In this document: positions 36,201 to 48,960 of the stretch, piece after piece
Position numbering within the stretch: position 1 is the first letter of the stretch
Layout of the letters: each line of letters starts with the position of its first letter
From: Podarcis erhardii
Lineage: Eukaryota
Assembly (NCBI GenBank): GCA_964252035.1
Contig: OZ176205.1
Direction: 5' to 3' (one strand)
Length of the DNA stretch: 64,000 bases
Program-made: the position numbers and the translations under genes
Notes under the pieces: model-generated
What the model was told of the DNA's origin: nothing
The model's input: the letters and a program-made list of their open reading frames with translations, nothing else
Database searches by the model: none

Positions 36201-38435
36201 TGTCATGTTAAACCAAGGTTTGCTCTTGGCTTATCACTTCCTGTATGTTTGTTTGGAGAGAAACAATTCACAAGTCTGGGTTCATAATGAGTCACATTTT
36301 GGGTCAGCACAGCAGCAGCAGCAGAGGAGGAGAAGGAGGAATTAAGCACCTGTGATCTCAGCAGCATGTACCAGCACACTGCTCATTTACATTAAACTAT
36401 AGTTTACTTTAACTATAGGTTAATACAGGGTCCCCAACGTGGTGCCCATGGGCCTCTGTGTGTCTGCAGAGGACTTCCACGGTGCTGAAATCGTGTCATC
36501 ATCTCTGCACATATGAAAGCAGGCTCAAAAGTGTGTCTGGTTGAACTCTGAATTTCGTTTTATACTTTCTAAATCTTATTGCTGATTTTTTTTATTTGTA
36601 CTATGTATCTCTGCCCCAGCACATTCAGACAGAGGGGCAGATTATAAATACCTTTAGTGAATTTATATATATCCCAAATCAAAATGGCCAGTACTGTACC
36701 ATCTAATTGATTTACTGCTTAAAGGTTCAGCACAGTGTCAGCTTGTTGAACTGTTAAGTTTGGAATTCTTGCCCCCAAACAAACAAAAATCCTCTGAAAA
36801 ACATTGACAAAAGAGGATTCTTTCTATCAAACAGACTGAAATAAAAATCTACGTATGTTGTACCCAAGGCATACGAAACTTGAATTGCTGGCAGATGTTC
36901 CCTTCTCACATCTTCTTTCACTTATTTCCACCAATATAAAAAACTCGCTTAAGCCTCTTTTAGTATCTCAGAACCAAGAGATTCTCTTTTTCCAAGTACA
37001 CACATGTCCTACAAATATATTATTCATTTTAAAAAAAAATTAATACAGCAGGCTAACAAGCCCCATCCACAGAATTAGTAGTTTTAGCATCGTAATCCAG
37101 ACCATATAACTTTTATAAAAGTATTCATCGCTCAATACTTTTTTTCTTGCACACAGCCAGTAACTCAAATAAGGTAAAACATACTTCCAGACTACAACCA
37201 ATATTCATAACTTTTTAGAAAAGATTCTTGCTGATATGTAGCTCTGAAATACTAAAATGAACATAACTACCAATGACACTGGTAATCAATTAAAGTTATG
37301 GCTTAATATTCATGTGTCCCTTTTTAATTGACCATTGCCACTCATTAGGATGAGGTATCCCAGTGTTCATGAATTTAAGAAGGTAGCTATCCTTCATGGT
37401 TACAGAGATTAAAATGAATACATACTAGTCACAATATACCAGGTTACAAGAAATAAAACGGCAACAAACTAAACTTGCTACTTATTAGATCTTATGAATT
37501 CTATTGCTTTAAAAATATTTTTAATGAGTTGCCAGAAGTTTACAAATATTGGGGATTAGCAGTTGCAAACTTAGATCATGTAAGTGCTGGAAATCCTGTG
37601 CCTATATGTAACAGCAAAACAACACAAAACCACCACCACCACCATCAATGTGTGGCTTATATTAACTGCATCCTGCAGCTCCCAATGTATCCAACATGGC
37701 CCTTGAAGGAAGCACAATTAGCTCAGCCATAACATAACACAGAGAGGAGACATTTTGAAGAATTAAAAACCTGTTAAAAACCCTGATTGCTTGAAAACCA
37801 CCGTTAAACCCCGTTCCCTTGTTTCAACCATAAACGTCCTTCACCTTAGGTGTTGCTCACAAAACTATTACTTGGAAATCACATAAGGCTAAAGGTAAAC
37901 TTTGCTAAAAGAAGGGAAATTTCAAGGGGAAATGAACTCAACTCCAACAGGCAGATATTGAGATACTGGCTTTCTCTCTCATTGCCATGACAGGCTGGAT
38001 GGGTTTCTGCCTGTGGCGAGAGCTTAAGCTGGTTTTGTTAAAAGATTTCAGTGATGGCAGTTGGAAAAAATCAAGTGGTTAACCAGAAGGAAAAGAAGAA
38101 GAATCCAAATCCTGAATGTTTTGAATTACACACAAGCTTGTCATGACCATGACCAACAAATAAATAATTTTTTTTAAAGAAGATTTGGAAAATACTGAAT
38201 TGTAAAAAAACAAAACACAAAATAAATCTTGCTTTCCAGACCAGAGAAAGCTAACACATACAAACTGCAAAAACAAAGGTTAAGGGAAACCAAGCAGAAT
38301 ATTACAGCTAATTGGGTACTTCTGGCAGTTTTGTTTAAAAAGTGTCTCTGAGACACTACTGTAAACTACTTAAGAATCCATTCATGCTCATGCATGCAGC
38401 AAACAGCAACAAAAGTCAGGAGAGCCAATTCTTAC

Positions 38436-38525
38436 CTGAAAGAAACCTGGAGGAATGGGTCCCCCTGGCATTCCATCATTTGGAGGAATGTTTCCAAGTA
38501 CTGGACTTGGTGCTGCAGCTGCACT
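38436..38525 (-). CDS. SSBP3: SSBP3 coding exon (human exon 5 equivalent), 90 nt, phase 0-0: [30 protein letters not shown]
   Basis: Manual translation matches the SSBP3 proline-rich region ([13 protein letters not shown] is SSBP3-type, not SSBP2-type). Acceptor ttttgtacag, donor CAG|gtaaga. Confidence 0.97.
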
Positions 38526-39409
38526 CTGTACAAAACAAAACAAAACAAAATAAAATACGTATAGATAAACAGCCCTGATTTCAGGTCAGCTGAAAAGGAA
38601 GTCAACACACATCTCACGGCTCCATCAATTAGCACATAACCAATAACCAATACCATCATCATCAAGCCTACCCAAAGGAAATCAAACACTTCGCATTGTA
38701 AGAATGTGCCATTAAGACTAATAGAATGCCAATGGCTGCCATTCAGATTAATGTGCAATTGGGAGTCTGGTTCCGTCATCAAGCAAACTTGTGCAAAAAA
38801 CACTTTTAAGCCACTTTTAATGGCAGTAACTGCAGCAGGTTTCAAAGCTAAGCCACCATACTGAAATTTCCAAGGCATACCCCCACAGTCAAAGGAGATG
38901 GCAAACTCCTATGTTTTGAGCGAAGGCCCAGCTATGGGTGTGCACAAGCACAATCTGATGCCTCTGTTACAACATCTGGGGTCTTCTTCAGTGTAAGACA
39001 CGGTTATTCATCCAATAAATAATGAGTTCTCAGCCACCCCACTCGTTCTTGTTATAATTAAAAAACTCCATGAATATAAATGCCAGTTGCCAACATCATG
39101 AGAAGTGTCTAGACGTCTGCTTGAACATGTGAACGTGTATCTGTGGACTGGGGCACATATGAAAGTCCCATCCGCACTGTCCCAGTGTGGGCTGTCCTGT
39201 CTACTCAGTTCCTAGCCTCTCCTGTGCTGATGTTCTCATGTGCTCATGTTCAAGCAAATGTGAGTAAAAGCCCCTGCAGACATTTCCTGCTCTGGAAAAA
39301 TATACTAACCACCACAATTCGCAATCTCATCTAAATGTATCAGAAACTGGAAATGTTCATTTCTGCTTCATAAAACATGAGATTTTGTAGTGAATATTTC
39401 AAGCAAAGC

Positions 39410-39880
39410 AAAAAAAAAAAAAGTGTTATGTGTTGGGTTTTTATTAATTAATTTTTATTGGAGATTTAAGATATGCTTTCATTGTACAGTATAACAATGC
39501 AAACAGCAAGTATTCCCATTCAGAAGCACAATTTTAAAAATAAACAAACCAGATTTAGAATAAATACAAATCAAAATAACATAAATTGTTTTCCAGATAT
39601 GTATATTGGCAGGTGATCAATATATAAAATCAAACTGTTAATAAATATTCACAATGATAATAATATTGGGGGGAAAGAATAAATAAGGTTTAAATCAACC
39701 AGATCCATTTGTACGCTGGCAATGGGCACTGCCCATGTTATTTAATATTTGTATAAACCACAAAATCATACCAAACAGAAATAAATTTATCTATCTTATT
39801 CTGGCCTTTCAAAACACTTAGTTTGCAAGTCCATTTTTCCAGTAAAACTATATCCCATATTATGTGGGACCAGTAATTTA
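39410..39880 (-). mobile_element. L1-clade LINE 3' fragment
   Basis: Minus frame WDIVLLEKWTCKLSVLKGQNKIDKFISVWYDFVVY resembles the L1 ORF2 C-terminus, with an AT-rich 3' UTR and tail. Confidence 0.6.
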
Positions 39881-39974
39881 TGGTGGTCTCTCCAGTGTCA
39901 AGCTATGGGTGCCATCTAATTGTTAACTTCGTACCTCTTCCTTCCTCCCAAAGCAGCACAGAGCAGGCTTTTTG

Positions 39975-40110
39975 CTTCAAAATCACCCTACAAGGTAGGT
40001 TCTGAGGTATGCCCAAGGCCACCCAGAAAGCTTCATAGCTGAGCAGGGAATATGAATCCGAGTTTCCCACATCCAAAGCCAACATTCTAGCCACTTCACC
40101 ACACTCTGGC
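39975..40110 (-). mobile_element. CORE/MIR-like SINE relic
   Basis: cccaaggccacccag..agcttcatagctgagcaggga.tatgaatcc...ctagccacttcaccacactctggc. Confidence 0.6.
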
Positions 40111-42299
40111 ACTCAAGTTTCCTTCTCCTCCCACAAATTCTGACCTTTACTTCAATTCCCCAGATTGTCCTCATTTGATCTTTGGCACTATTTTATGAGG
40201 TTTATATGGGATTTGGGAGGAAAGGCTTGCCCATTAATAGACCCCAATATAATTTCTTAATCATATCTGGAATTATACTAACTGAACCAAGTAATTTTGT
40301 ACAGAACAAACCTAGCAGCTTCCTAGTTGAAGCAAATGCAATGGCAAAAGTTTGGTTTTGCTTGTCCCCCCCCCCCCACTTTTACTAAACAAAGTGAAGT
40401 CTATACCAAAGATGAATCATCACCCATCACCCGTATTGTGTATATGGTCAGCACAACTGTTAGCATTGACTCTTTCACTTTCTATTTTTGAAAGTGAAAA
40501 GGATGCCAAGTAGCAAGACGATATTTGAGGCATAAAGGAAAAGGCATGAAACGAAAGCTAGTGTAGTTGAAGGCACAGAATGTAGTTTTTACATAATCAA
40601 CAGCAGCATAACTATGGAAATAAGAACCTATTTGCCATTTCTAAGCCACCAATCAGCTTCAGCTTTTAATCTATGGAGTTAAAAACACCACATATTTGTG
40701 CACCCTTAACTAGCTCACGACTCTTGTGCTTGCACAAAGCATTAAACAATGGTTTAGCATTATGAGGAAAAGCAACAGTGAGCCACAGGCTTGTGCACTC
40801 CCCGTCCTCCTCAGGCAGCTGCAGCTCAGCTTCATATGCTAAACCATGTTTGTGCAAACTTGGGTGTTTGCCAGTTTTTTGCTCTAAAGGAGGATAAAGA
40901 ATCCTTCCCTCAAAATGCACCATTACTGACTTTCAGGCAGAAATTAATCGGCCATATCTGTATCTGTCTGTGTCTGTCTGTCTGTCTCTGTACTAGGGTG
41001 GGGGGAGATTTTTACATACACATGGGAGGAAAAATAATTTAGCTCAGGAGGAGATCCAAAGTTCCAATATATCACATGGTTCAGACTTCCACTGGGTAGA
41101 AGAAATGGAAAGGCTGAATGCAAAAAGCATTAAAATGTATGGGATTCCATTTTTTACTATGGTCCTTATACATGTGTACCACATCAGTAATTCTTACACA
41201 CTCGTCACATTTGTCTGGAAGAAAGCCTCTCCTTACAGCATTTGTTGACCACCCTAAGTAATTGACAGAAGGTCTTTATTCCTTAGAAAGAGACATATTC
41301 TGCTTTATAGACATAATTAAGCATAGCCATTTTCTTTCTCTTCAACAACTTATGCCCAAAATTCTGGGATTCAAGGTGTATTGGTATAGGTTATTCCAGG
41401 TCCAACAGGTGCAGTATTTTTTGTCAATAAAAATAACATTTGACATTCATTAAAGTGCACACATTTACCATTTATGTGCTTGTATACTGAAAGTCCTGTC
41501 CAGGTAGTGCAAACATTTCAGTTTAATATCTAACTAATGCTGGCAGAGCTATGACAAACCACAAATACATGGTGGTCATGTTTGGCTGTTTAGATTTTTG
41601 GATAAAACGTGTTTGGTGTTGCAGACACCTTCGCTGGACAATCATAGGACCCTGGAGAAACATTATAGGATATCCTCCCAGGGACCCAAGCAGAAGCAGT
41701 ACGCAATCAGCTATGCATCACCTTTCGACAGTTGCCAAAGTAGAAATAGCTATATACTGCAAAAGTCAAAAACTACTCACTGTTAAATTTTGGTACAGAA
41801 AGATATGGGAACATCTCATCTTGGGCAAACTGGCACACCAAGTAAGATTTTCTAAGAATGGTTTAAATCAGTAGTATTGACCCCTGGTATCCATGTATAA
41901 CAAATGCATGGAGGTCACTCCTGAATTTAGCTTGACTAACATTTACCAAATAATTATGCACTATTTGAAATATTGAATCCTCGTTTTTGCTTGTCCAGGT
42001 TCATCTCTCCAACTGTGTCGTTATTAATTTTTTCTTGTGTTTTTAAATTTGTTTTTAAAAATCCATTATTTAAAATCTTAAAACAAAAAAACCTTTCAAT
42101 AGGGTCATTTGTAGCTCCTTTGCCTCATCCTGCCAGGATGGAGTAGCAGCAAAGTGTCAGAAAAGTTTGTCCTTTCCATTTTCAGTTCCACACCAAAAGC
42201 TACTAGGAAAAGAAGGAATGCCTTTATTGTGGCACAATGGGATCCGAATAGGTGCCCTTGTATTACAAATAGTAAAATTCTAATCACCATACTAAGATA

Positions 42300-42468
42300 G
42301 GAGGAATCTACACACACATAAAAAATGTTGTGGAAATGCTTTTTTAAAAAAGTTTTGAAAAACACATTGAATTTGTCATAGCTCACTGTCGCCATCTAGT
42401 GCCACATTTGTATACTGCACTTTACAACACACTTAAAACGTTTTATTTGCAGCTGTGTAGCTGAGTCC
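42300..42468. mobile_element. PIF/Harbinger-like MITE (169 bp) carrying a CTCF motif
   Basis: Imperfect 14-bp TIRs (GGAGGAATCTACAC vs GGACTCAGCTACAC, 10/14), 3-bp TSD ATA/ATA, homologous copy at 8621-8773. Confidence 0.65.
42387..42419 (-). promoter_or_regulatory. Predicted CTCF site (core plus upstream module)
   Basis: Minus: TGCAGTATA-caaat-GTGGCACTAGATGGCGACA fits CCASYAGRKGGCRS, with the TGCAG module 5 bp upstream. Confidence 0.55.
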
Positions 42469-44798
42469 ATATACACTTTCTATACTAATCCAATACAACC
42501 ATCTCTGCTGTCCCCAAAAGTATTTTTCCTCCCAAAGGACTGATCAAATCTGCTGACAAGTTGTACACAAGACACTTTTGAACCATTAACTGTAAGCTTG
42601 ATTTAAAGGAAATCTGCAAGACTTTCTATATATTTCCTGTACACCTTTTTCCTTCTTCCTTACCAGGTATAGAGGAGGTTCTTTCAGCTGGGGATGGGAG
42701 ATGGAGTAGAGGAAAAAATACGTTTTTTAAAGCTTTATTATAAATTCAAGTATTACTGGCTTTGGAATGCTAATGAATAGTGAATAATCTAGTGGAATAT
42801 CAGAAGCACAAAGTTCAGGAATACTGATCAAGAAGGGTAAGGGTTTTTAAAATCAATGGTGATTTCAGAAACACCTGGCAGAAGTAATCTTCTGGTGGGG
42901 TAGGGATGCATGTAAAAACTCCTAGACTAAATTAATGGCCAAGAAAAATTATCATCCCAAGTGTGTACATTTGTATGTGTTTTAAGAAAAGGGAAGGGTA
43001 GGGAAAAAGGTTGTAAACCAATAGGGGGACAGTAAAATAATAAAGCAGGCACTCTTTTTACATCATAAAGTTGTAAAGACAGGGAAACAAGCATAATCTC
43101 TCATTCCTTTGTAGGCCATCTTAAAAGAGCAAGCAGAAATTTTATTCTAAGGCCACTAAACATAGTGTAACTTCTCTGTAAAGTGAATGAATGGTCTTAA
43201 TGAAAGTATGTCCAGGATCCAGCTCCAAACTGCAGTATACTCAATTACATTTTTTTAATAAAAGCTCTCTATCACACAAAGTGCTGCTCTTCCAAAGACA
43301 GCAGGCATCGCAATAAAGCTGCCAGCCAATATTTTATTGTTTCAGGAGATTTCCAGCATACTATAATCCCTTGCTGGTGAGCCTCCCAGAGTTAAATAGA
43401 TCCCCAAAACAGCTTAGAATAATGCAGTTGAGAGACTCTAGAGTTCTACAAACCATCTAAACATTGGGGGCGGGGGACAGAATCCTGCATACTGTATTTA
43501 GCACTGCTATTTATAATGCAAAGTTTGCCAGTGTAAACTAGCCAAGAATATGGTATTCAACGTACTGCTGGGCAAAGAAAAAGAAGAAGTCAAATGTATA
43601 GATCTACAGTTCATGTTCTTCATCTACAATGGCATGAAAAGCACCCCGGATATGCAGCCAAGCCACGGAAAACGAACCGCCAGGTATCATGGTCCCTTTG
43701 TGTGGTGTGCACAACCTCTCGGCTTGGACATATTGCAGACGCAGCAAGGCATCTGTTACATTTCCTGGCTGGCCTGGAATGCCCTGCACAGCTGCCAGTT
43801 GGAATGCAGGGTACAATGAAAACCTCTTCTGCTAGCACAGGCATACCTCCCATCAAATCGTGGGAGTTATTTTTCCAAGATACACACATGTCAATTCAAT
43901 ACGCATTGTGACACTTGGTTGGGACTTAATAATTAAAGGGCCCACCAGTGTCCTGAACAGAATGCAAAAGCAAGAATCGCATCAACCTGATGCATTATTC
44001 AGAAGGCTGGAGTGTGGCATTCTCTCTCCCTCCCTCTGCCCCCCCCCGTACCCCAATCCTCCAAACGGCAGTTCATCTACAAGAGCAAGAGCAAACCTCC
44101 AAATCTATGGGCTCCGGATGGAAAGTGTCAGAAAGGCCAAGGAAACAAGTGAGGGAGAAACTCGTATCACTGGGTACCAACCACATTAGGTGGTGTCATA
44201 TCTAACATGGCAAGGATGGGTCTTCACAAGATCACTGAACTTTCCCGTTCCGTGTTACTTGAAGGAATCATCCATTTACCCTGGATTAGGTTTCTCTCCT
44301 GCATAAAACTCACCAGCAACTGGGTGCACAGGACAGTGTTAATTGGCGGCGGTGGCTGCATCAAAGCAGACAAACTGGATCCTACCCACCCTGAGAGTGC
44401 TTTTCTGGATAAGGAGAGAGAAGCTAGGCATGCTGCAGGCAACCAATGCCAGTGAGAGTCACTTTGAAGGGAAGACACCACAAGGGATTATCACTCCTGC
44501 ATGTAGCCGAGGGCCAAGACTACACTCACTTGAAAGTGGCCAACAGAGGGCGTAAGTGAAGGATCTCCCACTGGGAGAGAAATTGAAAGTTCCCAGGTGA
44601 AAGCTGGAAGTGTCTGTCATATTCTGTGGGGGAGGGGATTAAGAGCTACTTTTGTATAGCGCTCTTGTGCGCTGCTTTTGTATTTTAGACACCTTGCTGC
44701 TTATTTCCCCCTCCCTTATTTTCAGGCTTTTGCTGCTAGATATGTACACTGTTTCACAGTTGTACCAGAGATAAGTAGGTAGTAACTTATGTTGTGAG

Positions 44799-44800
<2 letters not shown>

Positions 44801-44848
<48 letters not shown>
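44801..44848. repeat. (CT)n(CA)n microsatellite
   Basis: Seen directly. Confidence 0.95.
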
Positions 44849-44869
44849 GTATTATAACCACATTTATGT

Positions 44870-44985
44870 AACTGTGTTAATTTTTGTATTGGACAGATAA
44901 TATCCACTGACATATATTGCCTGTTGCAAACCGCCCTGTGGTTTTCTGACAAAAGGCAGTATATAAATTTAATAAATAAATTAAA
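44870..44985 (+). mobile_element. L2-like LINE 3' relic
   Basis: tgcaaaccgccctgtg...aaaaggcagtatataaatttaataaataaa. Confidence 0.45.
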
Positions 44986-47694
44986 ACACACCAGCAATAG
45001 ATCCTGGGAGGATGATTCCTATGTAGGTGCTGCACTAAGATTTGGGATTGTGGCATGTTTCTGAAAGAAACAGTCTTTATCACTAATGTCATAAGATAAC
45101 TAGGGAGAAGGAAGTCATGCTCCATTCCACTGGTCACCTGGACAATTTCCCTTCGTAAGGTTCACACAGCAACCAGGATGTTGTATGGGAGGGACAGGAT
45201 TGAAAAGCCTTCTTAGAAATAGGGCCAGAATAAAAAAAGAACCTGATTAGGCAATTCTTGACTTTTGTCTGACACCCTTCATACTAGAGGCTGCAAAGGT
45301 GGAGAAAGGTGATAAATGGCCAAGGAAGAGAAAATCCTAAAAACAGAGAACAGGTAACAAAAAGTTAACTAGTTAAGTGATCTGAGGTCAGAAAAGTGAA
45401 AGAGCAATGTAAGTATTTTATTAAATAAATTATGCAGAATGTAGTGAACAAAGGCGGAGGGATGAGAGCAACGAGATGAAAAAAAGTTCAAGCCAGTAAG
45501 TTTTGAGCTGGATCTAGACACATAAAAGAAACGTTTCAGTCAAATGAGTTGCAAATTTAAGCAGGGAAAACAGGTAGAGAAAAACAGGACTCCACAGCAG
45601 CACCTGGTGGCACAATGTACAACACGTATAAATTACTTTTTCTTTGCCAATCTAGTGGAGTCCTTGTTTAAAGCTTGGAAGGAAGGGAGTTGGGTCACAT
45701 GTAAGAGAAGTGATGCCAAGAACAGAGTGTCACAATAATGGGTTGGAAGAGTTATACCGTATACATGCTATATTTTATAACGGTAGTAAACTAGCAGCCA
45801 ACTTGTATCCTTTCCACACATTTTTCTCTCCTTATATAAAACAATTTCTTAACTGGGAGTAGACATCAGGTCTGGCTATAGTATTACTGTATGCAAATCA
45901 CAGGTTGTGATGGGGACCAGCAGGTAAACAGTTGCAGTAAGCTTAGCAAGTCTTCTGAGCTGCTTCATCATTATGAGATTGCATGAGATGTTACTGAACT
46001 TGTTACTTTGAAAGTTGTTTGCCAATTCTCTCAATGAACTTGCACCACCAAGCCATCCTGCACTTCACAGGCTGGAGAGAATTTCTGTTGATGACTTCTC
46101 TCTTTGCACCCTAAATGCTCAACATGCCTGTAGCAGGAATATCCAGGCATTATTCTAACAATTTGGCTCATAAGAAGACAGTGCAAGACCCTTGAGGATA
46201 CTTCTTTGCTAAATCTCTAGAGTAAAGGCCTAAACAGGCTGAGTACTACCATGCCACATGGTCTGCCAAATGTCAGGCCCCAAAATTCATACTACTGTGA
46301 TATAATATGAATATTTTTGTAACAGAATATTATTTTTTAAATGGGGGGTGGGGGAGAGGCAAAGCTCCTGTAAAGAGGGTTAACTGTGCCCAATAAATGA
46401 TCTCATTATTAAAAACACTGTGCCCCGAAAAATGTTCAGCAGCGATTGCAACTGCTTGAGCCATTTGGTGCACCTGGTGGAGTTACAAGACTTCTGGGAA
46501 ACATCATTACTTTGGGGCAGAACTTAACATCTGCATTTGTGGGAGGTCTGACAGATTTCTGCAGGATGGGAGACAAGGTTCAGAATTTCTACTTAGCTGT
46601 AAATGCAAAGTAAATTATGGGGCAGTTTCTGACATTCATTAATTATATTTTAAAAATGAACCAGCACAGAAAATGATGAAAATCTGGATGGATGAGTTCT
46701 GCTTCCAAACTTAGACATGCAGTCAACACACCGGCTCGGTACACTCCAGCAGATGCCGTCTAAGCCTTTAAATCGCACACTAATTGTGCTAATTGAGCTA
46801 ACAGTCGCTGTTTCGTCTCCCAGCCCTGAGTCAACCAGCATCTTCTGGTACTGCTACAGAGATCCAAGCTGTTGGCTTTAGTGTTATTTTGTCAGCCATT
46901 AAATGATTCATCAGAGTCATTAATTGATTTATTACTGCTGCCTGCAAGTATAGCTTTGCAAATAAAGAATGATGTAGGTCAGAATGCAAAAGAAATTGAA
47001 CAAAACAACACAGCGAGGAACTGGATGCTTAAATAATCTGTAGGAATCCCACACAGAGATTTTTTTAAAAGTTATGGGGGCAAAGGGAGTTAAGTAGGGG
47101 AGAGGAAAGATGAGCCACTGTTTGACTCCAACATGATGGAATCTACTCAACTACCCAACTCTAACCTTCAGCTGCATGCAAAAGGCATTGTGAGCTGTCA
47201 CGAGAGCCCGCAGCCCTCCAAACAAGTGATCATTTTCTTCTGTTAAACGATCCAAAGCTGGAAACAAAGTCAAAAGGATTCCACAACAGCTGAAGATGGT
47301 TTGATGTGAAAGGACCACAAAACCAGGTTTCAGACATGCATACTAAAAAAGAAAAGAAAAAAATGATTCCATTTCTGTGGTGCTTTCACAGCTGACCAAT
47401 TCATCATGAAGACTGCAGACAGTGGTTACATGCAGCAGGCTAAAGAGCCTCATTTATTAAGAGCAGGGCTCCTCTTAATTCAAGACCCAGTCAGGGCAAC
47501 CTGGGCATTCTCTGGCTGAGAAACACAAAACACAACTCCGTCTGCATTCTGACACTAGTAAATCTGAAGCCTTTGTAATTAGATGCAGAGTCCAGACTAT
47601 GAACCCATTACACAGCTTTTTTGTGTGTGCCCTCAACCTATAAGATAGTTATAGTAGGAATCTTGTGCTGATTTTGATCTAGTGAAGGTATTTA

Positions 47695-48425
47695 TAATCA
47701 ACTTGGACAAAGAAGTGGAGGAGATGCTCATGAAGCTCTGCAGACAACACCCAATTTAGCAACTAATACTTTCAGAAACAGAATCTGGATCCAAGATGAT
47801 CGCAGCAAGATGAAAAACTGGCCCAAAATTAACAAAATGATTCTTAAACAGGGATTAATATAAAGTTTTTCATCTGAGTAGAAAGATTAGAATATAATTC
47901 TAGGTTGTGTCACCAGAAGTAGAATGTCCAGAGTAATGTCCAAAGTATTGGACATTGGACTCTATTCTGCTTTGGTCATACTTCCAGTTCTGGGCTGCAA
48001 AGTTTAAGATGGGTATGGACAAAATGGACCGCAGACAGAAGAAAGTGATAAAGATGGTGACAAGGAAGATCATGTCATTTGAGGAAAAGGGGATGGGTAT
48101 GTTTAACTTGGAGAAGAGATGTACCGGTAACAGTCATCGTCAGATATCTGAAGGGCTGTCAGATAGATGGACCAAATTAATTGTATGTTGCTCTGCAGGG
48201 TAGGACCAGAGCCAAAGGGTTCAAATTACAAGAAAAGGAATTTAGACTGAACATTAGGAAGAACTTTGTGATGGCATGAGTTGTACAACAGTGGAAAAAA
48301 CCATCTTGGAAAGTTAAAGGTTTTGAAGCAGAGGTTGAGTGTTGCCACCAGCCAGGGATTTTGTAGTAGTAGGTTTCCTGCATTGGCAAGAGGTTGGACT
48401 AGATGAGGGCTGAGGTCTCATCTAA
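47695..48425 (+). mobile_element. Old degenerate CR1 LINE 3' fragment
   Basis: Frameshifted remnants of CR1 ORF2 (cagttctgggc, ttggagaagag, aacattaggaagaacttt) and a gaggttggactagatga tail. Confidence 0.8.
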
Positions 48426-48566
48426 CCTTTTAATTTAGGATATTCATATACAGCTTTACAAAAATGGACAATTCATTCTACCCCAAGGGCTGCACTGCAG
48501 CCTCTTTTTATTTATTTTTGTTCATTAAAGACTAAAAGCAACAGCAATTTGCATAACATTTTAGAG

Positions 48567-48744
48567 CATTGGTCTTCAACTGGTGGGTCGGGACCCACAA
48601 GTGGGGTCATGGATTGATCTGAGGTGGGTCACAACAGGAGCACTGCTGCCATGCAAATATCTGGTAAAAGATGACGAAATGGGTCCCCAAATGCATGTTT
48701 GGGTTAAAGGTGGGTGCTGGGTATGAAAAGGTTGAAGACGACTG
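48567..48744. mobile_element. hAT MITE (178 bp) with 8-bp TSD
   Basis: TIRs ca[t/g]t[g/c]gtcttcaac; TSD ttttagag / ttttaaag. Confidence 0.85.
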
Positions 48745-48771
48745 TTTTAAAGAGCATTGAAAGTGCTTTTC

Positions 48772-48960
48772 ATTAATCTTTGTAACAAGCCTGTAAGGTT
48801 GGTCAGTATTATAATCCCCACACTGCAGATTTTGGAGGGGGGCGGGCATGGAGAAGGGGCTGAGAGGAAGTCACTTGCCTAAAGGCCTTTAATGAAGCAA
48901 GATTTAAAATGGGGAATTCCCCAGTTCATAGTTCAGCCTCCTAAACTACTACACACCAGC
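48772..48960 (-). mobile_element. CORE/MIR-like SINE relic
   Basis: taacaagcctgtaaggttgg..tattataatcccca..ctgcagat...gggctgagag..agtcacttgcctaa. Confidence 0.6.

Noticed and set aside
38432-38878. 148-aa ORF running into exon 5 as an alternative N-terminus
   Set aside because: It crosses exon 5 in a non-SSBP3 frame and includes the polypyrimidine tract.
45596-45614. CTCF-like GCACCTGGTGGCAC (and a weaker match at about 35613-35628)
   Set aside because: Mismatches at key core positions and no upstream module; expected by chance.
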